Origin: Octopus sinensis
Lineage: Eukaryota
Direction: 5' to 3'
DNA: 64,000 bases
Assembly: GCF_006345805.1 (NCBI RefSeq)
Contig: NC_043015.1
Coordinates: 44,454,001-44,518,000 of the forward strand
Numbering within the stretch: the first letter of the stretch is position 1; the number at the start of each line of letters is the position of its first letter. Shown here one piece after another: positions 1 to 13,676 of this stretch. The notes under the pieces are model-generated. The model searched no databases. It saw only the letters and a list, made by a program, of their open reading frames with translations, and had not been told where the DNA came from. The position numbers and the translations under genes were made by a program.

Positions 1-457
1 AAAAAATTGTAATGACTAAAAGGGCGATACTCAGGCGTACACATTTTCGCTTCCACACACACACATACACACACACATATACACACATGCACACAGACAC
101 ATGTAAATTGAAAACAAGAATTTACAGTCTGTGACAATGAAACTGGTTTTAATAAAACTTATAGCTAATTTAAGTGGAAGTAAAGTATTAGAAAATATAA
201 CTCGCATCATGTGAACTGTGAACAATAAATGATTCCATCGTTAGAGCTATTAATGCTAATATCAAACAACACACTGGTTTACCTCTCATATAATGGCTAA
301 TATTAAAACTTCTATTGTGTTCTAAAGTCTCTTACCGTTTGTTTGGTAGCCTCTCTATAGGTCTATGCATCTTAAGTGTATATATATATGCGCATGTATA
401 TATATGTATATATAATATATATATATATATATTATATGTGTGTGTGTGTGTTGTGTG

Positions 458-502
<45 letters not shown>

Positions 503-528
503 TGTATATATATAATATATATGTCATG

Positions 529-572
<44 letters not shown>

Positions 573-734
573 TATATTTATCACTCTCTATCAATCTATC
601 TTCATATATATATATATACATAAAGATCTCTATTATACATATACATAGATACATACATACACACACAAGCATGCACACACACACACGCATATATATATAT
701 ATAATATATATGAATACGCATACATACTCACCAA

Positions 735-1070
735 CTAGAACCGCTATCTGGACGGCTGTTGCATTCAGTGCTGGCATAACCTTGATCAACTCTTGGAATT
801 TAAAAAATTAATTAACAACATTAGTCACAGTATCCAATTATTAATGAAATACAGTTACACAGATACCCTTTCTGGACATTTTAATAATAAAACTATATAC
901 TACCATTGAAACCGACGTCTACTTTAAACCAACGGGCTGAAAACAATATCTACTACAATCTTTCTGCCACCCAAAACCTACTGAAATCAATATACTGTTT
1001 AATTTGGCAAGGAGAATTTGCACGATTGTATCAAATCCCGAAACTCAGAATAACCGACTTTCAACTCACT
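735..1070 (+). mobile_element. Penelope-like element reverse transcriptase fragment (decayed)
   Basis: Manual translation gives NRYLDGCCIQCWHNLDQLLEFKKLINN (YLDD motif mutated to YLDG, codons 745-756). After a frameshift it reads QIPFLDILIIK..TIETDVYFKPTG*KQYLLQSFCHPKPTEINILFNLARRICTIVSN, typical of the PLE RT palm/thumb. It contains stops and a frameshift. Confidence 0.85.
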
Positions 1071-1127
1071 ATATAATAATATCATACACCTTCTCAAACA
1101 CCAGTTAGTAATGTCACCCCAGACAAA

Positions 1128-1359
1128 ACCTATTTCTTTACTACCCACAAGGGGGCTAAACACAGAGGAGACAAACAAGGACAGACAAACGGATTAAGTC
1201 AATTATATCGACCCCACTGCGTAACTGTTACTAAATTTATCAACCCCGAAAGGATGAAAGGCAATGTTGACCTCGGCGGAATTTGAACTCATAACGTAAC
1301 GGCAGACGAAAAACGGGCACGCATTTCGCCCGGCGTGCTAACGATTCTGCCAGCTCGCC
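1128..1359 (-). mobile_element. tRNA-derived SINE, family A (near full-length monomer)
   Basis: The minus strand starts GGCGAGCTGGCAGAATCGTTAGC (A-box-like), has GAGTTCAAATTCC (B-box-like), body CCTTTCATCCTTTCGGGG and ends AAAGAAATAGGT. Other copies are at 13677, 45520, 52618 and 53331. Confidence 0.9.
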
Positions 1360-1723
1360 GTCTTTTTGGATTTTTCTCTTATCAGAACCAGACGCATAAA
1401 AAAGCAAATAGTGACTTCTTAACCGACCAACTAGAAAGCTAGGTGACCATCAGTCAATAGCAAGTTACTAAGTCCTGTCAGCAAGTCAATCAAACAGCAC
1501 TCTGAGCTTTTTCAAATCAAATAATTTTGTATAACACAGAAAAATAATTTTCATCAATATAAAGTGACGTCACAAAACCTCCAGCCAGTCAGACCTTGTT
1601 CCTTGACCGTGGTCAACAAGAAATAGACGTCACCAGAGGGACAAGCAACCAAAACAATAGATCTTGCCAAAACAAAATTATTTTCACACCAAAACATGCA
1701 CGAGAAAAACAAAAGACGTCATC

Positions 1724-1774
<51 letters not shown>

Positions 1775-2074
1775 AATATATATATATATATATAAGGTAA
1801 AGCATATTCGTGTATATATACATCTAATATATACATATGTATATCAGCATGTGTGTACTTGAGTTTGATAATGGGTGCAATTGGATGTTTGTGTGACTTT
1901 GTAAAAATCTGTGTTCATATATTTACTTGAGCAGTTAACGAGTGGATAATGAATATGATTAATTACTTGTATGATGTAAATATAAATTATAGGCTGATTA
2001 AAATAAATATATGGATTTTAAAAACCAAAGTATAAAACTCACACATAGACACACGATATAATTATTTCAGAAAT

Positions 2075-2290
2075 GTGTCCGAACGTGGACTGTTGGCGAC
2101 GTTTCCTTATGTTTTCTTTCTTTCTCATTGGACTTTTTTGTTTCTGACGAAGAGCTATGCTCGAAACGTTAACAAAAGCACTGTCCCTTCACCGAACGTC
2201 AAATTAATATATCCCTTGTGCATGTCTTCAGGTTCATTTTTTCATTTTTTCCTTTTATCGTGGTTCTTTTAATTTTTTGTTTATATGGAT
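2075..2290 (+). mobile_element. Short PLE terminal-repeat-like element with minimal hammerhead motif (2134-2177)
   Basis: CTGACGA-A-GAGC tat GCTC-GAAA-CG-T-T is flanked by TTTTGTT/AACAAAA. It resembles copies at 19575, 19860, 41850 and 60472. Confidence 0.6.
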
Positions 2291-2651
2291 TAACTACACA
2301 CACACACGCACACACACACTAGAGGCTTCGAGTGACCCGTCCGTTTTTTTTGTGTCGTCTCTTTGTGTGTTTTGCGTTCTTGTCCCACTTTGTAATTTAT
2401 ATTTTATTTCTATACATATATATATATATATATATGTAAGTGTGTGTGTAGGCGGGTTGTGTTTGGTAATATAAAGAGAAAATAAAACTCGTGGTTTTTT
2501 CATCAATAATCGATAGAAATTACAGAGTGATTTAAAGGATGAGAGGTTCTTTCTTTGGCAGTTATCACAAAATGCACGAAACTTTCGACCCTTGAGTTAC
2601 CCAATAACCTGTAACGATTATTAATAAAAGGTTATTAATAAAAGACAGTAT

Positions 2652-2683
<32 letters not shown>

Positions 2684-3711
2684 CATATATATTTATATAT
2701 ATATATATATTGTGTGTGTGTGTGTGTGTGTGTATGTACATATATATATATAATATATATATCTGTGTATGTATATGCGTGTTTGCGTGTGTATATATAT
2801 ATATGTATGTATAGGCCCACGTGTGTGTATGTGTGCGCGCGTGTATGCGTTGAAATTTTGGGATCTCAGAATCTTTTTTTCATTTTTACACCTTACTAAT
2901 TTTCATTTCTTTCCTATTAATCTTCTTATATTATATTTGAAACGCTCGGATGAATTACGCACAAAAGAACCAAATAAATGAACGCAGTGATTTAATGTAC
3001 AACGTTTATTTGATGAACAAATTCGTATTCATTGAATTGTAGTGATATAATAACCGGTGTCCTTATGTTAAGCTAAGCTACATTAATTGGCGTAAATCAT
3101 ATTTGAGATTTTTTTGCAACAAAGAAGCGTAACACTGCGCTTTTTGGTTTCCATTTGAGGTAACATTATTTCGTTTATCTCACTAATGCCTTCCAGTAAC
3201 GCATGAACCTCACGCAATCTCATTTACCCTCCGGTGAAACATAAGCCATTGAGATTAACGAAACCTGAATCAATATACCTGCGTTTGAAAGTGAAAGTAG
3301 AAAAAAATTATTATAACGTTGCATTTCTTACAGATAGAAAGAAGTATAGTCAAGCATGGAAATCCTTAATAGAATATTTATATAAACATAATCTTTAATC
3401 GATACATTGGTAAAGGAACAAATAATTTGTTTATTGATTCCTGAGTAACATGAAAAATAAAAAAAAATAAAAGCGATAGGAAATTCATTGTCAGATTGTG
3501 TAAATCGAAGAATTGAAACAAAAAGAAATACAACTGCAGGGGTTCCCAATACTATTATAAGAGGATGATGTGTATATATATTCATGTATGAATGTATACA
3601 AACACATAGACATCAATATAGTATATATAGATGTACATTTATATCCTTATATATATAATGTATATATATATATATAGAGAGAGAGAGATGTATATGTATG
3701 TATATATATGC

Positions 3712-3768
<57 letters not shown>

Positions 3769-3780
3769 ATATATTATATA

Positions 3781-3835
<55 letters not shown>

Positions 3836-4789
3836 ATATTAACACTGGGATGTGTATGTATGTGCAAAACTGATTTATAGGCCTTTCTCTACTGATTTAT
3901 GTTGTTAAAGTTCGTATATGCTTAAATAATCATGCTTGCAGTATTATAATTAAAAAAAAAAAAGATAATAGAAAAAAGAAAATGTTGCATGTGAAAGCTG
4001 TTAGTCAAAGTATATCATTGTGCTAGTGACGTTAGAAAATTTATTTTAAATGATCTCAGCTATGTTACCACTTGATTATTTTGTACACATAAATATTGAG
4101 TTGATGTCGATGTTATTATGAATCAACGAAACGCAAAACACGAAAAATAAATTCTTATCGAAGAAATGCCAGGACTTGTCTCTCATATATCTTCGCACTT
4201 CACGACGACAATCTCATATACTTACATAAAAGCAAGCACACACACAAACACACACATACACATAAGCACATACACACACACACAAAATCTCTCTCTATCT
4301 CCCACTCTCTCTCTCTCTCACACAAGTCATAATAATTCTTACATGTACCATTTCATGAGTAACCGTTTTTATATAACCTGTTTTTTATGAACTCACGTAA
4401 AAGCAGAAAATGAATTCTAAAAATAAAAAGTTTTTCGATTGATTCGAAATAGTAAGGGGCGTCTCAGACACGCCTCAGAGTGAAGAATTAGCAGAGATTC
4501 AATGAATGTAGCGAGAAGCCTATATAAAACAGTTAATATGAATTAGTAATATCTTTATTAATATTGAAGTTATTAATCTACAATATTACTAATAAAATGC
4601 ATATTTTAAAATTTTCTATTCTCAGTCGAGGTAAACACTAGTAGGAATTTCGAATTTTTGCATTCTCCCCACTATATTCATATTTGGGAATGAGCAGTAT
4701 GTCACCAGGCTTCTTCCTGAAGGGAGCTATGTACATTCCGCTCCACTTTGTTGTTAATGACTACCGAGACCCGTGAATATTTCATGGAA

Positions 4790-5952
4790 TTAATAATAGT
4801 AAACCTATTGGATTATTTCTTAAAGCTTTATCCACAACACCCCAAGCGGTGTTCCCCAGGGGACTGTTTTGGGTCCGCGACTCTTCATAATTTACATAAA
4901 CGACCTTTCCAGTGTCGTACATTATTGCAAAGTGAAAATATTTGCTGATGACACTAAGCTCCAGCAAATCGTCAATGAAGAAGCAGACCGAACTCAACTC
5001 CAGTCTGATCTATATGCTGTGAGTCAATGGGCAGACAGAAACAAAATGCAACTGAATGAGGGAAAATTTGAGCTGATGCATTTTGGAAGAAATTCCTCAC
5101 TAAAACAACTATACTCTCTTCCTTCAGGGGAACCGCTCACAGCCTCTAACAATATCAGAGACCTGGGTGTAATGTTGTTGTGACGATCTCAGTTGGAGTG
5201 CACACATCAACAAGAAGGTCGATATAGCTCGTAGGATGAGTTCCTGGATCTTAAGAACTTTCCGGTCCAGAGAACAAGGTGTCATCATACCACTTTTTTC
5301 CCTCTTTGTACGGCCACACCTTGAATACTGCTGCCCACTGTGGTCTCCTCACACAAGACAAAACATCTCCAGAATTGAGTCACCCCAGAGGGCACTCACT
5401 AAACGAATTGAAGGCATGGCTGCTCTCGATTATTGGGATCGACTTAAAGCCTTGAAACTTTACTCCCTCCAGCGTACGATGTCGAAAATATACCGCCAAC
5501 TTTGCCCAAACGACCTAAACATTAGCTTCAAGGTTCACCAAGACTGGGACCACGGGCCATACGTCCCCTGCCCAATTCAAGACCACAACAACATACATGT
5601 ACACTGCAACATAATTTCTTTTCCTCAACAGGCCCTGCCCTATTTAACATTGTCCCGAGGGAGATCAAAGAGGAAAAGGATCCCATCAACTTTAAACGGA
5701 GTCTGGATAGATTCCTTCAAAGAATACCAGATAAGCCACCCATAATTAGATACAACTCACCCAACAAGAACTCACTACTTGAAAAAAACTGGATACAACT
5801 CACCCAACAAGAACTCACTACTTGAAAAAACTTGACTTAAACAAAACTTGACTTAAACAGGATTCGAATAATCCTATCAGGTGGTGCTTTTAAGTTAGAC
5901 ATGGCCTGGACCAATCTTTGGTCGAAACATATCTAAGTTTATCTAAGTTTAT
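4790..5952 (+). mobile_element. 5'-truncated L2/CR1-like LINE (RT C-terminal half, 3' UTR, tail)
   Basis: Motifs: frameshifted SGVPQGTVLGP, LFIIYINDL, FADDTKL (4941-4961), RDLGV, VRPHLEYCCPLWSP, LYSLQR. The tail is (ATCTAAGTTT)x2 at 5931-5950. Internal ~42-bp and ~16-bp tandem duplications lie at about 5750-5860. Confidence 0.92.
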
Positions 5953-5956
5953 ATAC

Positions 5957-6143
5957 AGGAGTAAACACATAAATGTCAAACAAGGTGGAAAAAAGAGTTC
6001 TCAAATACCAGTGGTAGAGTAATATGCTTTATTTAAAAGCAGCAGAAATTCAACAAAACCTGTTACTCGGAGTTTCACGACATACGGGAACGTGAAACTC
6101 CGAGTAACAGGTTTTGTTGAATTTTTGCTGCTTTTAAATAAAG
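5957..6143. repeat. Fold-back of a PLE-like terminal segment; 53-bp inverted arms
   Basis: Arms 6027-6079 and 6091-6143 are complementary at 52/53 positions around an 11-nt loop. The left segment continues uniquely to about 5957. Confidence 0.85.
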
Positions 6144-6146
6144 TAT

Positions 6147-6188
<42 letters not shown>

Positions 6189-6191
<3 letters not shown>

Positions 6192-6950
6192 ATTAAAAAT
6201 TATATACCAGCTCTGCTAGAAAGAACAGTCAACTCTCCAAAGCCCCAAATTTTGTCACTATAAGGAAAACACGCACAATGTAGCAAATATAAGAAAAGGT
6301 ACCCTTAACTTTGCAAAAGCACAAAAAAACGTACAGTCATCTCAGTTTCAATTGATTGCACCTTTAGTGCCAAACACTTACGATCATCAGCTGAGCTTTC
6401 AGCATATAAGTATTTTTTCAAGATATACACACTACATCATGCGTGTTTGTTTGTATAAATTCCCTCACGACATTAAAAAACGAACAATAGTGAGGAAGTA
6501 AAATTTAGAAAATAAGATATTATTATCAAAAATAATAACAACAAACTAGCCTGCAATCTTAATCAATATAAGTAAATATGCATAAAATTTAGGATATAAA
6601 AATATATATACCAGCTATGCTAGAAAGAAAAAAACCAAGTCTCCAAAGCCACATATTTCTGACAATAAACAAAAGAAGCACGGTTAATGTAGAGAATATT
6701 GTTCGTTTTTTAATGTCGCGGGGTCATTCACACGAACCGCGTACGCTGTAGTGTACATATATATATTGAAAAAATAAATATATGCAGTAAGCACAGCTGA
6801 TTATCCAAAGTGTTGGGCACTAAAGGTGAAATGATTTGATGCTGAATTGACTGTACTTTTCTTTGTGTTTTTGCAAAGGTAATGGCTATTGTTTTTATAT
6901 TCGCAACATTAACCGCGCGTGTTTTGTTTATAGTGAGAAATATGTCTTTA
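6189..6950. repeat. Three diverged copies of one unclassified repeat (+,+,-)
   Basis: 6189-6490 (+), 6590-6697 (+, truncated) and 6698-6950 (-) share e.g. ATATACCAGCT.TGCTAGAAAGAA, CACCTTTAGTGCC.AACACTT and CGACATTAAAAAACGAACAATA. Confidence 0.7.
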
Positions 6951-7364
6951 GAGAGTTTATGCCTCTTTCTCGCATTCATACATCCATCCATACACGCACA
7001 CATATATATGTGAATGTATCTCTATCTATCTATATGTGTATGTATGTATATATATGTGTGTATATACATATATACAAACTCACACACACATGTATGTATA
7101 TATATATATATATATTTTTATACACAAATAAAGTTCCCTCTCCTTTTCTGGTAACAGGAAATGAAACCAATATCATTTACTCGAAATTTGATGGATATGT
7201 AGTTGCTATGTCTACCATATGAGCCATCATCTGTTAATTAATGTGACGATGCAATTTGGACTGCTTTTTAAACGGTGACACTTATTTCTGTTGAATCTGT
7301 CTTGGAGTATGTTCATCAGGTGTTATGAAATCTGCAAGACACCTATTAGATTTCCATACGTTAT

Positions 7365-7690
7365 ACATGGACAATGGACGGAGAGAAGGACGAACAACTG
7401 GATACTAGAGAAGCTCGGTTGCGAGGTGATACTTCGGCGAAACGTCATGAAGCGGAAGCTACGGTTCTTTGGTCACGTCATGCGCCGGGATCGACTTGAG
7501 CGAACGATCATAACTGGCAAGGTGAATGACAGACGTAAAAGAGGCAGACCACCCACTTCTTGGTTGAAAGACATCGCAGCCACAGGATTGTCTTTATTCT
7601 CAGCTGTCCATGGGTTAGAGGACAGGAGAATGTGGTAAGATATCATGATGACCACAGCATCGTATAGTGCGACACCTGAATAGGATGATA
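7365..7690 (+). mobile_element. RTE-clade LINE 3' fragment
   Basis: ORF 7291-7638 contains WTERRTNNWILEKLG..MKRKLRFFGHVMRRDRLERTIITGKV..RKRGRPPTSWLKDI..EDRRMW, the typical RTE C-terminus. Confidence 0.85.
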
Positions 7691-8798
7691 TCTGTGCAGT
7701 GACTCACTTCTAGAACGTCATCCATGTTGGTGAATTTATACATTGAGGAAAAACTAAAGATATTCAAAATGATGTGTATTCCATTGAATTGATCTAAGGT
7801 ATAGACTTGTTGAATAGGTAATGGAAAGAAGGAAAGCAAAATTACTGTGGTGGAATTTGAAATCAGAACTCGCTGACACGAACTCAACCAGTGCGACGTA
7901 TCTTGTCCAGAAATAAATTATATCTAATCCAGTATCTCAGTTATCCATTATACATATAAATATGTGTTTGCGTGAGTTGTGTGTTTGTGTGTGTCTATGT
8001 GCGTTATATAGTTTAGAAATGCGTGGAAGACGCCGTATCTCTAGACATACAGACATAATAAAGGCCAGGGCAACAAAATATGAAATCAAAATCATTATTA
8101 TTTACTATCTTTAATGAAGATTGGCTCCTAGTCTGACCGAACGTCACAATGACATTTAGCGGTTCTTTTTATTGAATCAATATTTTCCTCTTTTTTTTTA
8201 CGCAATCATTATCACAATTACGTTAAAAGGCGAAACCCAATTTGGATCATCCGGATCAGATCTATGAATCGTGTGCGTTGGGTTTTTTCCATTGTTTCCT
8301 CGGTTAGGGGTTGTATGGGATGAGATGTAGGATGGCGCGTGTATTTGTGTGGAATATATTCAGACGTAATTAAATTGTCTAATCTAAGAGTTGCTAACGA
8401 AAGCGACTGTTTATTGATTGTGTGCTAACCCGTCCGACCCCCAGTTAATTGTATAGGATCTCGCCAATGGACGTAACCATGCTGAGATTGGTTGGGGTGA
8501 AGACAAATACGTTCATCACTCGATGGAGAAAAAAATGTAAAAATAATAAACGTGAGGGGTCTTTTGCGATATTTTTTTTTGCAAAAAGAAAATAAATAAT
8601 CGAAAGAGGGTAGAAAAATTGAATAAAATCAATGTACCATGAATTAGGTTTACGTTCATAGTTGTTCGTATATATCTGCAGTTTTGGTTAACATCAACAT
8701 TTCCGTCTGAGTATACTTACATACATACATATGGATATATGTGTGTATATATACATATGAATATATAGTTATATATATGCATATATGTTTATGTATAT

Positions 8799-8845
<47 letters not shown>

Positions 8846-9732
8846 CATACATACATACATACATACATACATACATGCATACATATGGATATATGTGTAT
8901 GCATATATATATATACATGCATACATACATACATATATGTATGCTTTCTGAGGAGCAGAGAGGGTGTCGAGAAATCTTTCTCATCATATCAGTTTTTTCG
9001 TATCTCTAGTTAACACAGAAATTATGTGCCTATCTGCCTATCTATATATTTACACACACATACACACACACACTCACACACACACATTTATATACAAGCG
9101 TATATGTGTGTGTATATATACATATAAATGTATATATACATATACAAACAGGCATATAGGTATACGTATACAGACACATATATACGTATCTCCATCGTTA
9201 TATATCTACAAGTATGCATAAACGAGAGAAAGTCCGTAACAAAGAGGAGATTACTCAACACATTCAGTCTTGTATAGTTATTGTTATTCAGCTTTCTCAT
9301 GACTCATATACATACATGCTGACATATCTACATAGGAACACACAAGCCACGTACACGCATACATAAATACACACATATATAGACAAACATGAGCACAGAT
9401 ATATGTCAAAATATTTTTATTATATCCATCTATTTGTTGGCATAATATACATTGTTAATACGAATAAATCTTACATTTGACTCGATTTACATACATACAT
9501 TACATGCATACATACAATACATATATGCATACACTCAAACACACACACAAATACTCACGCATATATATCTATATACATATATATACATGCGTGTGAGTGT
9601 TTATGTTTGTGTATACACTTATGATTGTAATGATTGTATATGCATTTTCTGTTTTACACATGGGATACAAACGTCTGTGCAAAACAATATATGCAGCATC
9701 TATTTGTTGATGCACCTTTATCTGTTAATACC

Positions 9733-9780
<48 letters not shown>

Positions 9781-9942
9781 TATATATATATAAGTATATA
9801 TATATATTCATGTATGTAAATATGTATGCACAGACACAAACTCAGAGACATAAACACACATACACTCAATCACAACACCATATATATATACGTTTACCAT
9901 ATATGTGTGTTTGTTTATCTGCATATATATATATATATATGT

Positions 9943-9985
<43 letters not shown>

Positions 9986-10032
9986 ATAAATATATATGTA
10001 CATAAGTATGAATGTATGTATGTATATGAATA

Positions 10033-10082
<50 letters not shown>

Positions 10083-10083
10083 G

Positions 10084-10122
<39 letters not shown>

Positions 10123-11814
10123 TGTGTGTGTGTGCGTGTGCAAATAAAACCAATAATAATAATAATAATAATAATAAATTGCTTTTATTTCGCACTCAAT
10201 TCTCATCTTCCTTTGTTTTCCAACTGAACGGGGATCCAGCGTTGACCTATTACAATGACCTCACTTTCCTGGTCCTTTGGTATTCAGATTGGATTACTCT
10301 GCCCCTAATGATATTAAAAACAAAATCTTAGATATTTTATAGAAAGGACTGTGGAATCAAAGCATTCCATATTTAGCCAGACAATGAATTCTATATATTT
10401 CTTTATTCTTTATTTTGTTGTTTTTTTTTTGTATTCCTGTGATTGTTTACGTGATCAATAATTTCTGTTTGTACATTCGTCTTTTTTATTGTCATTTATT
10501 GCTTACAAATAGAATTATTGTATTAGTTATTGTTCTTGTTGTTCCTCCTGTTGCTACTGGTTCCGCTGCTGATATATATTTGTTTGTTGGTGTTTTTGCT
10601 GCATTATTCCGAACAGACACGAAGTATTACAAAACTATGATTCATCCAATCTCTATTTGTAGTAATAATGAAATGAAAAAAAAGTACATATATATATATA
10701 ATATGATTATGTACCTTATGTATTAGTCAATTAATGTGTGAATATATACAAACATACGCACATATAGTTCGCTAAATACACATAGAAACACACGCACACA
10801 CACATACATATATATACATATATATATGCATATATATATGTTTATATATATGCATATATATATACACATATATATGTAATATATATATAAACAATATATA
10901 TATATATATTATATATATATATATATTTATATATGCATGTATATATACATGTAGATGTCGGTACGTACGTATATGCTTGTATGTATGCATATATTTTATT
11001 TATTACACTATATATATATAGAAAATAGTAAAAAGTGATATATATATATATATATATGAATTTACTTGGAAACGGATGCGTGGCGTTAAATCAAATAATA
11101 ATATAAATAATGTATGTATATATGCATACATATACATAAATACATTTAAAAAAAATTATATATATATATATATACACACAAACACACATATATGTATATA
11201 TATATACACTTATATATATATAAATATATATATATATATACTTATATATATACACATAGAGACTGAGAGACAGAGAAAGTGTGAGGCAGTGAGGGAGAGA
11301 GTGGTAGTATTAATCGAATGTGTTAATGTGCATGTGAGTCTATGAAATTGCACGTGACTATAGTTCATATGTTTAACGCTTTCAATATTGATGTGTACAT
11401 AGTGAGGAGAGTGTGGGTTTCACGATTCGAAATCTCACCATATGCTTGAACAAACCAGGAAACGACTTGATTGAACATCAAATTTAATTGCTGAAATAGA
11501 CTTCGTGTTAATTGTGATACCAAGGAGATTAGGAAGAATACTTGTATAAGATTAGTACATTAACCATCATGTAAAACGAGATAGCTTTTCATTCATATTT
11601 GCACAGATATATTTTTGTATATGTCTGTATTAGCAGATACATGTGGCTGGGTCTTTATGATTCGGTCTGCTTATGCCTGTGTGAATGTGTATGCGCGAGT
11701 GTTTGTGTCTTTGGCGGGGAATGCATGTGCTTGTGTGCTTGTTTTAAACATTTATGTATGGCTATTTCTTCTTTTCGCGCATATTCACACTTAGTTTCAT
11801 CTGTCAGAACACAT

Positions 11815-11970
11815 GGCCTTGATTGCTGCTGCATTTCCAGGCCCTAGCCGTAGTAGCAGCACTCGTGACCAGTGATGACTTTCGAAAAGAGGTCCGCATC
11901 AACTTCCAGTTGTCCTTTCAGTTCACGAAACGTAATCATTCGTGACCATGAGCAAACGAGGCAGACTGAT
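11815..11970 (-). mobile_element. Mariner/Tc1 transposase remnant
   Basis: The minus strand reads LPRLL, then after a frameshift FRELKGQLEVDADLFSKVITGHECCYYG*GLEMQQQS. This matches the mariner VPRLL..ITGDESWCYGYDPETKQQS region with the first catalytic D lost. Confidence 0.75.
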
Positions 11971-12029
11971 GCCTGAGGGTCGCATCAAGTGGTTTCGGTC
12001 CTGTTACTTTTGGGTACCCCCTCGTATAC

Positions 12030-12153
12030 ATATAGGGTTTGGTCGACCCGAGGATGTAGCAGAAAACACTTGCCCAAGGTGCCACGCATGGGACTGAACA
12101 ATGTGGTTGGGAAGCAAGCTTCTTACCACACAGTCACTTCTGCGCCGACTCTC
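12030..12153 (-). mobile_element. SINE family B, head fragment
   Basis: Matches the head of the 57429-57865 copy (ACACTTGCCCAAGGTGCCACGCA..GGGACTGAAC..TTACCACACAG). Confidence 0.8.
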
Positions 12154-12170
12154 ACTCCCACTATCATTCT

Positions 12171-12276
<106 letters not shown>

Positions 12277-13591
12277 AAGAGATATGGGTACGGATATCTA
12301 TCGGTAGGGATAGATAGATAGATAGAACGGAACGTAATATATATTTACCAACTAAGTGTGGTGAGCCAGATGGAGGAGATGTTTCACTAGGGCTATAAAC
12401 AACAGTAGCACTAAGTCGAGAAATATATATGTTACGATTCTGTACCGTTACTGTTTATATCTCGCTCAGAGATTTAATATAATATGTGTGTGTATGTATA
12501 TCTTCATTCATATATATATATATATATATAGATATATACAATTTATATATCAATCGTTTTGTAATTTTTGATAGAAATAATCTGAAGGTTTTCGAGATAA
12601 TGTAGGACTTATTCTCACTGTTTTTTATCACTTATACAGGGCCTTTATAATCAATGCTAAAAGCGGCTGACTGTTCATTACATCTTTTTAAATATCTGTC
12701 GTTTAATTCTACAGACAAATATTTAGAGAGATTCTAAATTATATTCATTTAGAAGAACGTTCCTTATCTGCATGCAGTATAAGTCAATATTTTCAATAGA
12801 TACCTTCATTTCTTGAATGATTTTTTTTTCTAGTTTCACAGATAATCATTGGAAAAATTTTATATTAAATCGTATGTTTCGTTTGAAGATATTTCTGGTT
12901 AAGTGAAAGCAAATTAAATTCTGATGAAGAAGCGTATAATCTGTTACCTCGAGAGGTTTATTAAAATTATGTAGACAATGTATGGTTTGAAATTTTACTA
13001 AGAAGTGTGCTATTACATTTTCAAATGTATCGGATCTGCAACATAAAATGTGTAATGAACTGTAATAAACTATTTATTGACCATTAATGGGATCGTACAT
13101 GTACTTAGGAATATCGTTAAAACGAGATATAATTTGGAAACATCGTTAAAGCGATATATAATACGAGGTATAGTGGGAACTATGAATACTGAGAAGTTCA
13201 GTTTTGTACAGATGGATCTGTAACACCTCATCATATACTACTGATTGTTAAAGCAGTGAAACTATCTCAGGCAAAACTTTACTGAGATAATACACTGCGA
13301 TGTGTGTTGTATTTACTGTCATTTCAAATGACAATTAAAGGTATGAATACTAAGCATGATAACATTCTAAATGTGGCAGATCTAAAGAGTCAGATTGAAA
13401 GAATGGATGTGTATTTTATGAGTTCGTTTCCCATCCTCTTAATCCAAAAATGAATGACAACGAGCGGGAGGGAACTTCCAATAAGAACTTTTTTCCGCTG
13501 TAAAAGCGGGTGAATCAGTATTTGCGTATCGAATGTGACGGATCGTCTGCAAACACACGACACACATACACACACAGGTTCTCACAAAAGT

Positions 13592-13647
<56 letters not shown>

Positions 13648-13676
13648 ATACACGGAGACACACACACACTTCATAT

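Noticed and set aside
4945-4951. CTGATGA here and at 36861, plus CTGAAGA at 28489
   Set aside because: These are codons of RT motifs (FADD, LKKG) with no GAAA or stems in hammerhead geometry.
7900-8560. CpG-richer stretch with CCAAT as a promoter
   Set aside because: No downstream exon and only generic short motifs.
8948-8990. CTGAGGA...GAAA
   Set aside because: No stem I, II or III pairing found.
12880-13500. Complex-looking region as a transposase or host exon
   Set aside because: All frames are interrupted and I recognised no motif; a tBLASTx search would be needed.
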